A stretch of DNA of 64,000 nucleotides from OCS116 cluster bacterium AG-430-B22 (lineage in GTDB: Bacteria > Pseudomonadota > Alphaproteobacteria > MED-G09), in assembly GCA_003209955.1 (NCBI GenBank), contig QCOD01000005.1:21032-85031 (forward strand), given 5' to 3'. The notes beneath the pieces are model-generated. The model was not told where the DNA came from. It saw nothing but the letters and a program-made list of their open reading frames with translations, and ran no database searches. Position 1 is the stretch's first letter. Each line of letters starts with the position of its first letter. Made by a program: the position numbers and the translations under genes. Of this stretch, positions 60,527-64,000 are shown one piece after another.

Positions 60527-61315
60527 TTAAAAAGTTGTATTTCCAATTCCGCCATCTATCACTAAACTTTGACCAATTACATAAGATGCTTGCTCACTGC
60601 AAAACATTGCTACAAAAGATCCTAAGTCATCAGATGATCCAAATTTTTTAGCTGGTATTTTCCAGTTATTAACAAATTTTTCTATTTCTTCATCATATGT
60701 AGTACCATTTTCTTCTGCTAGCTTATTATATCTATCTGCAATACTTGCTGTATGATGCATTCCTGGGAGGATGTTATTGATAACAACATTATGTTTAGCA
60801 ACCTTTTTTGACACTGCTACAGAGTAATTAACTAGGGCTGCCCTTGGTGGACCAGATAATATTCTAACCTCAGTAGGTGTTTTAGCTGCTCCAGTACCAA
60901 TATTTACTATTCTTCCCCACTTTCTCTCAACCATACCTGGAATAATTGCTTTCATAAACTCCACTGGACTAAGAAGTGATACATCAAGAGTCTGCTTCCA
61001 TTCCTCTGAAGAAACTTCCTTATAACTATATGTAAAAGGTGGTGGAGTACATGTTCCAACAAATATATCGGGATCTGGACAAGAAGATAAAATTTTTTCT
61101 CTTCCTTCATCTGAACTATGATCAACTACAATAGGTTTAACAATTGCACCTGTCTTTTTTTCAATTTCCTCACATGTTTCGAGTAGTCGCTTCTCTCCTC
61201 TTGCAGATATAAAAAGATCTACACCTTCTTTAGCTAGTGCAAGTGCGCTTCCTTTTCCCATTCCAGCACTACCACCATTAATGATGGCTTTTTTACCTTT
61301 AATTCCTAGATCCAT
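60527..61315 (-). CDS. SDR-fold protein lacking the canonical YxxxK catalytic motif
   Basis: KKAIINGGSAGMGKG Rossmann motif. Where the other two SDRs here have Y-x-x-x-K, this one reads SGPPR. Start set to ATG 61315, preceded by GGGGAG. Confidence 0.75.
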   Translation of the reverse strand: MDLGIKGKKAIINGGSAGMGKGSALALAKEGVDLFISARGEKRLLETCEEIEKKTGAIVKPIVVDHSSDEGREKILSSCPDPDIFVGTCTPPPFTYSYKEVSSEEWKQTLDVSLLSPVEFMKAIIPGMVERKWGRIVNIGTGAAKTPTEVRILSGPPRAALVNYSVAVSKKVAKHNVVINNILPGMHHTASIADRYNKLAEENGTTYDEEIEKFVNNWKIPAKKFGSSDDLGSFVAMFCSEQASYVIGQSLVIDGGIGNTTF

Positions 61316-61435
61316 GATATCTCCCCATATATTCTTATATTCAAACACGATACTTTTAAAAAATTCAACATTTAATAATTGCTAAGGAATTTTATATAGC
61401 TAAAATGCTTATCTTTATTTAGGGTCTTTAATAAT

Positions 61436-63070
61436 ATGCAAAATACTTATGATGTCATAATTCTTGGCGCTGGTGCTAGCGGAATGACTGCTGCTATAGC
61501 AGCTCATGAGAATGGTTTATCAGTTGGTTTATTTGAGAAACAACACTTAGTTGGAGGTACTGCTGGTATTTCTGGAGGTATTATTTGGGCTCCAATGAAC
61601 AGCCACATGAAAAAAATGGGCATCAAAGATGATAGATCTATGGCAATAGATTATTTCATGTCTTTATCAAATGGTGAAATAGACTCTAATCGTCTGGAAT
61701 CATTTATTGATAATTGTTCAGCAGCAATTGACTTTATTGAAGAAAAAACTGACGCAAGTTTTTATGTTTTGGATGGTTATCCAGATTATTACTTAGATAG
61801 ACCTGGAGCAATTTTAGGAGGTGGCAGGGCTTTAGATAACCAATTATTTGATTATTCAAACTTAGGAGATTGGGCAAGTAAAGTGCGAAACAATGGAATG
61901 CCTATTCCAATGACTCTTGGCGAAACACCATTGGGTGGAGGAACAGGAGTTGTTGATGAGGAAATAATGACTGATAGAATATCAAAGGATTCAAGAGGAA
62001 TGGGACAAGCTCTAGTGGGAGCACTTTTAAAAGGATGCTTAGATAGAGATATTGAACCTGAACTGAATGTTCATACTAGAAAATTAATCAAAGATAATAA
62101 TAGGATTATTGGTGTTGAAATTGAAGAAAATGGTGAAGCAAAAGAAGTTTTTGCCAATAGAGGAGTGATAATAGCAACAGGAGGTTTTGAATGGAATGAT
62201 GAGTTGGTTAACAATTTTTTAAGAGGCCCTTTGAATGCACCTGCATCACCTCCTGGTAATGACGGGGATGGTCTATTATTGGCTCAAGAAATAGGAGCAT
62301 CGCTTGGAAATATGACGAGTGCTTGGTGGTCACCTGTTTTGTCTGTACCAAATGATAATTGGGAAGAAGGTAATCAAAAATCATCACCAATTTTAATTGA
62401 AAGAACATTACCTCATACATTAATGGTTAATAAATCTGGAAAAAGATTTTGTAATGAGGCAACTAATTATTCTGCCTTGGCTGGCGCATTTCATTTTTTT
62501 GATCCTAATGAATATGGCTACCCCAATCTTCCTTCTTGGATAATTTTTGATTCAAATTTCAGAGAAAAATACCCATTTGTGAATATTTTTCCAGGAACTG
62601 AAGATCCTGATTGGTTTATTAAAGCAGACAGTATTAGCGATTTGGCAAAAAAACTAGAAATCGATCAAGATTCACTAAATTTAACATTAGATACTTTCAA
62701 TAAACATGTAGAAACTGGAAATGATCTAGATTTTGGAAGAGGAAAGAGTGAGTACGACTCATTTTATGGCGATAGATCACAATCAGGAGTTTATACAACT
62801 CTTGGCGTAGTTGAGAAGGCTCCATTTTATGCAGTGGAAATAGATATTGGTGCTTTGGGAACTAATGGTGGGATGAAAACAGATGAATTTGGAAGAGTGA
62901 TTTCTGCATCGGGAAATATTATTGATGGTCTTTATACTGTAGGAAACGCGATGGCTGGAAGTACTGGGTCGGTTTATGCGGGGGCAGGAGGAACACTTGG
63001 TCCAGCATTAACTTACGGCTATCTTGCTGGCAATCATGTGGCTGGAAAGAATTTTGGAGTTAAGGAGTAA
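61436..63070 (+). CDS. KstD-family FAD-dependent oxidoreductase (3-oxosteroid 1-dehydrogenase-like)
   Basis: DVIILGAGASGMTAAIAA, GGTAGISGGIIWAP, GYPDYY, ATGGFEWNDEL, GDGLLLAQEIGASLGNMTSAWW, KADSISDLAKKL, DLDFGRGKSEYDSFYGD, APFYAVEIDIGALGTNGG, GLYTVGNAM, GGTLGPALTYGYLAG. All are collinear with KstD as I recall it. Confidence 0.8.
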   Translation: MQNTYDVIILGAGASGMTAAIAAHENGLSVGLFEKQHLVGGTAGISGGIIWAPMNSHMKKMGIKDDRSMAIDYFMSLSNGEIDSNRLESFIDNCSAAIDFIEEKTDASFYVLDGYPDYYLDRPGAILGGGRALDNQLFDYSNLGDWASKVRNNGMPIPMTLGETPLGGGTGVVDEEIMTDRISKDSRGMGQALVGALLKGCLDRDIEPELNVHTRKLIKDNNRIIGVEIEENGEAKEVFANRGVIIATGGFEWNDELVNNFLRGPLNAPASPPGNDGDGLLLAQEIGASLGNMTSAWWSPVLSVPNDNWEEGNQKSSPILIERTLPHTLMVNKSGKRFCNEATNYSALAGAFHFFDPNEYGYPNLPSWIIFDSNFREKYPFVNIFPGTEDPDWFIKADSISDLAKKLEIDQDSLNLTLDTFNKHVETGNDLDFGRGKSEYDSFYGDRSQSGVYTTLGVVEKAPFYAVEIDIGALGTNGGMKTDEFGRVISASGNIIDGLYTVGNAMAGSTGSVYAGAGGTLGPALTYGYLAGNHVAGKNFGVKE

Positions 63071-63072
63071 TT

Positions 63073-63981
63073 ATGGAAAAAGTTTTAGTATATGGAGCAA
63101 GTGGAGATCAAGGTGTTCCTTTAGTTAATACATTAATTAAAAACGGATACAAAATCAGAGCTGCTTCAAGATATCCAGAAAATTATAATAGCGAAATAGA
63201 AGGAGATGTAGAAAGCGTAAAGGCAGATCTTTTTGATATTGATACACTTAAGAAGGCATCCCAAGATGTCGATTGTATTGCTATGAATTTACCTTTTGTC
63301 TTTGATAGAGATATTGCTAAGCAATGGGGAGAAAATATAACTAATGCTGGAAAAGAAATGGGTGTTAAAAAAATCGTTTTCAATACAAGTTGTTATGTTG
63401 CCCCTGCTGATAATGGATTAGCAGCTCACGATGGAAGAAGAGAGATAGAAAAATCTATGGCTGAAAGCGGAATGGATTATGCAGTGATTAGATCTGTTGT
63501 ATTTATGGATAATTTATCTAGATTTTGGGCTAAACCATCGATAGTAAAGAGTGATACATTTGCTTATCCTTGCAGTGAAACCTTAAAAATTTCATGGATA
63601 TGTCTTGAAGATGTTGCTGCTTTTATGGTTGCGGCATTATCCGATAAAGATGTAAAGGCTGATAAAATTACTGTTGGTGGACCGGAAATTTTACTTGGCC
63701 ATGAAGTTGCAGAAAGATTCTCAAAAGCTCTTGGAAGAAAAATAGCATTTCAAAGTCTTGAACCAAATAGTTTTGCAAGGCAGATGAGCAAACTTGTTAC
63801 TGGATCTGAGGAATATGAAAAACCGTCAATCTACGGAGGAATGGCTGCCTTTTATAGATGGTATAACGAACAAGATCCTTCACCTTTAGCAATTGAAATG
63901 AATGACTTATATAAAAAATTTTCTATCACGCCTACTTATTTTGAGGACTGGATAAAAAAACATGATTGGGATAATATATAA
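63073..63981 (+). CDS. NmrA-like atypical SDR / NAD(P)-binding protein
   Basis: VLVYGASGDQG glycine motif, about 300 aa, no YxxxK. Starts 2 nt after the KstD-like gene. Confidence 0.7.
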   Translation: MEKVLVYGASGDQGVPLVNTLIKNGYKIRAASRYPENYNSEIEGDVESVKADLFDIDTLKKASQDVDCIAMNLPFVFDRDIAKQWGENITNAGKEMGVKKIVFNTSCYVAPADNGLAAHDGRREIEKSMAESGMDYAVIRSVVFMDNLSRFWAKPSIVKSDTFAYPCSETLKISWICLEDVAAFMVAALSDKDVKADKITVGGPEILLGHEVAERFSKALGRKIAFQSLEPNSFARQMSKLVTGSEEYEKPSIYGGMAAFYRWYNEQDPSPLAIEMNDLYKKFSITPTYFEDWIKKHDWDNI

Positions 63982-64000
63982 AAGGGGTTAATATTTCGTT

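Overview
Strongly AT-rich, very gene-dense bacterial window; many genes abut or overlap by 1-14 nt. Gene order is typically alphaproteobacterial: rpsP-trmD-rplS-leuCDB-asd, sdhCDAB-zapE-mdh-sucCD-lpdA, priA-atpHAGDC, and rplU-rpmA-obg-proBA-nadD-rsfS-rlmH-ctpA-rppH. This fits a streamlined marine alphaproteobacterium (Pelagibacterales/HIMB59-like), which is inference only. Positions 1-44.4 kb are core housekeeping genes, apart from one large FG-GAP/RTX repeat protein. Positions 44.5-64 kb look like an accessory oxidative/catabolic island in about six transcription units. It holds three paralogous alpha-only Rieske oxygenases, two paralogous ABM-fold proteins, a TonB-dependent receptor and GPH- and AmpG-type MFS transporters. 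It also holds two MBL-fold hydrolases, a dienelactone hydrolase, two amidohydrolases (one ACMSD-like), a SnoaL-like protein, two SDRs (one lacking the YxxxK catalytic motif), a KstD-family flavoprotein and an NmrA-like protein. No regulator and no Rieske electron-transfer partner is visible in the island. I found no rRNA, tRNA, CRISPR array, transposase or prophage. The best leads are: (i) the Rieske/ABM island of unknown substrate; (ii) a candidate plus-strand sRNA with CCUCC loops in an unusually long spacer next to acnB; (iii) an in-frame TAA inside the acidic repeat tail of rpsP, followed by 38 more in-frame repeat codons and then the terminator; (iv) rimM and sucAB missing from their canonical operon positions. 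All functions are assigned by eye from motifs and remembered family signatures; no searches were run.
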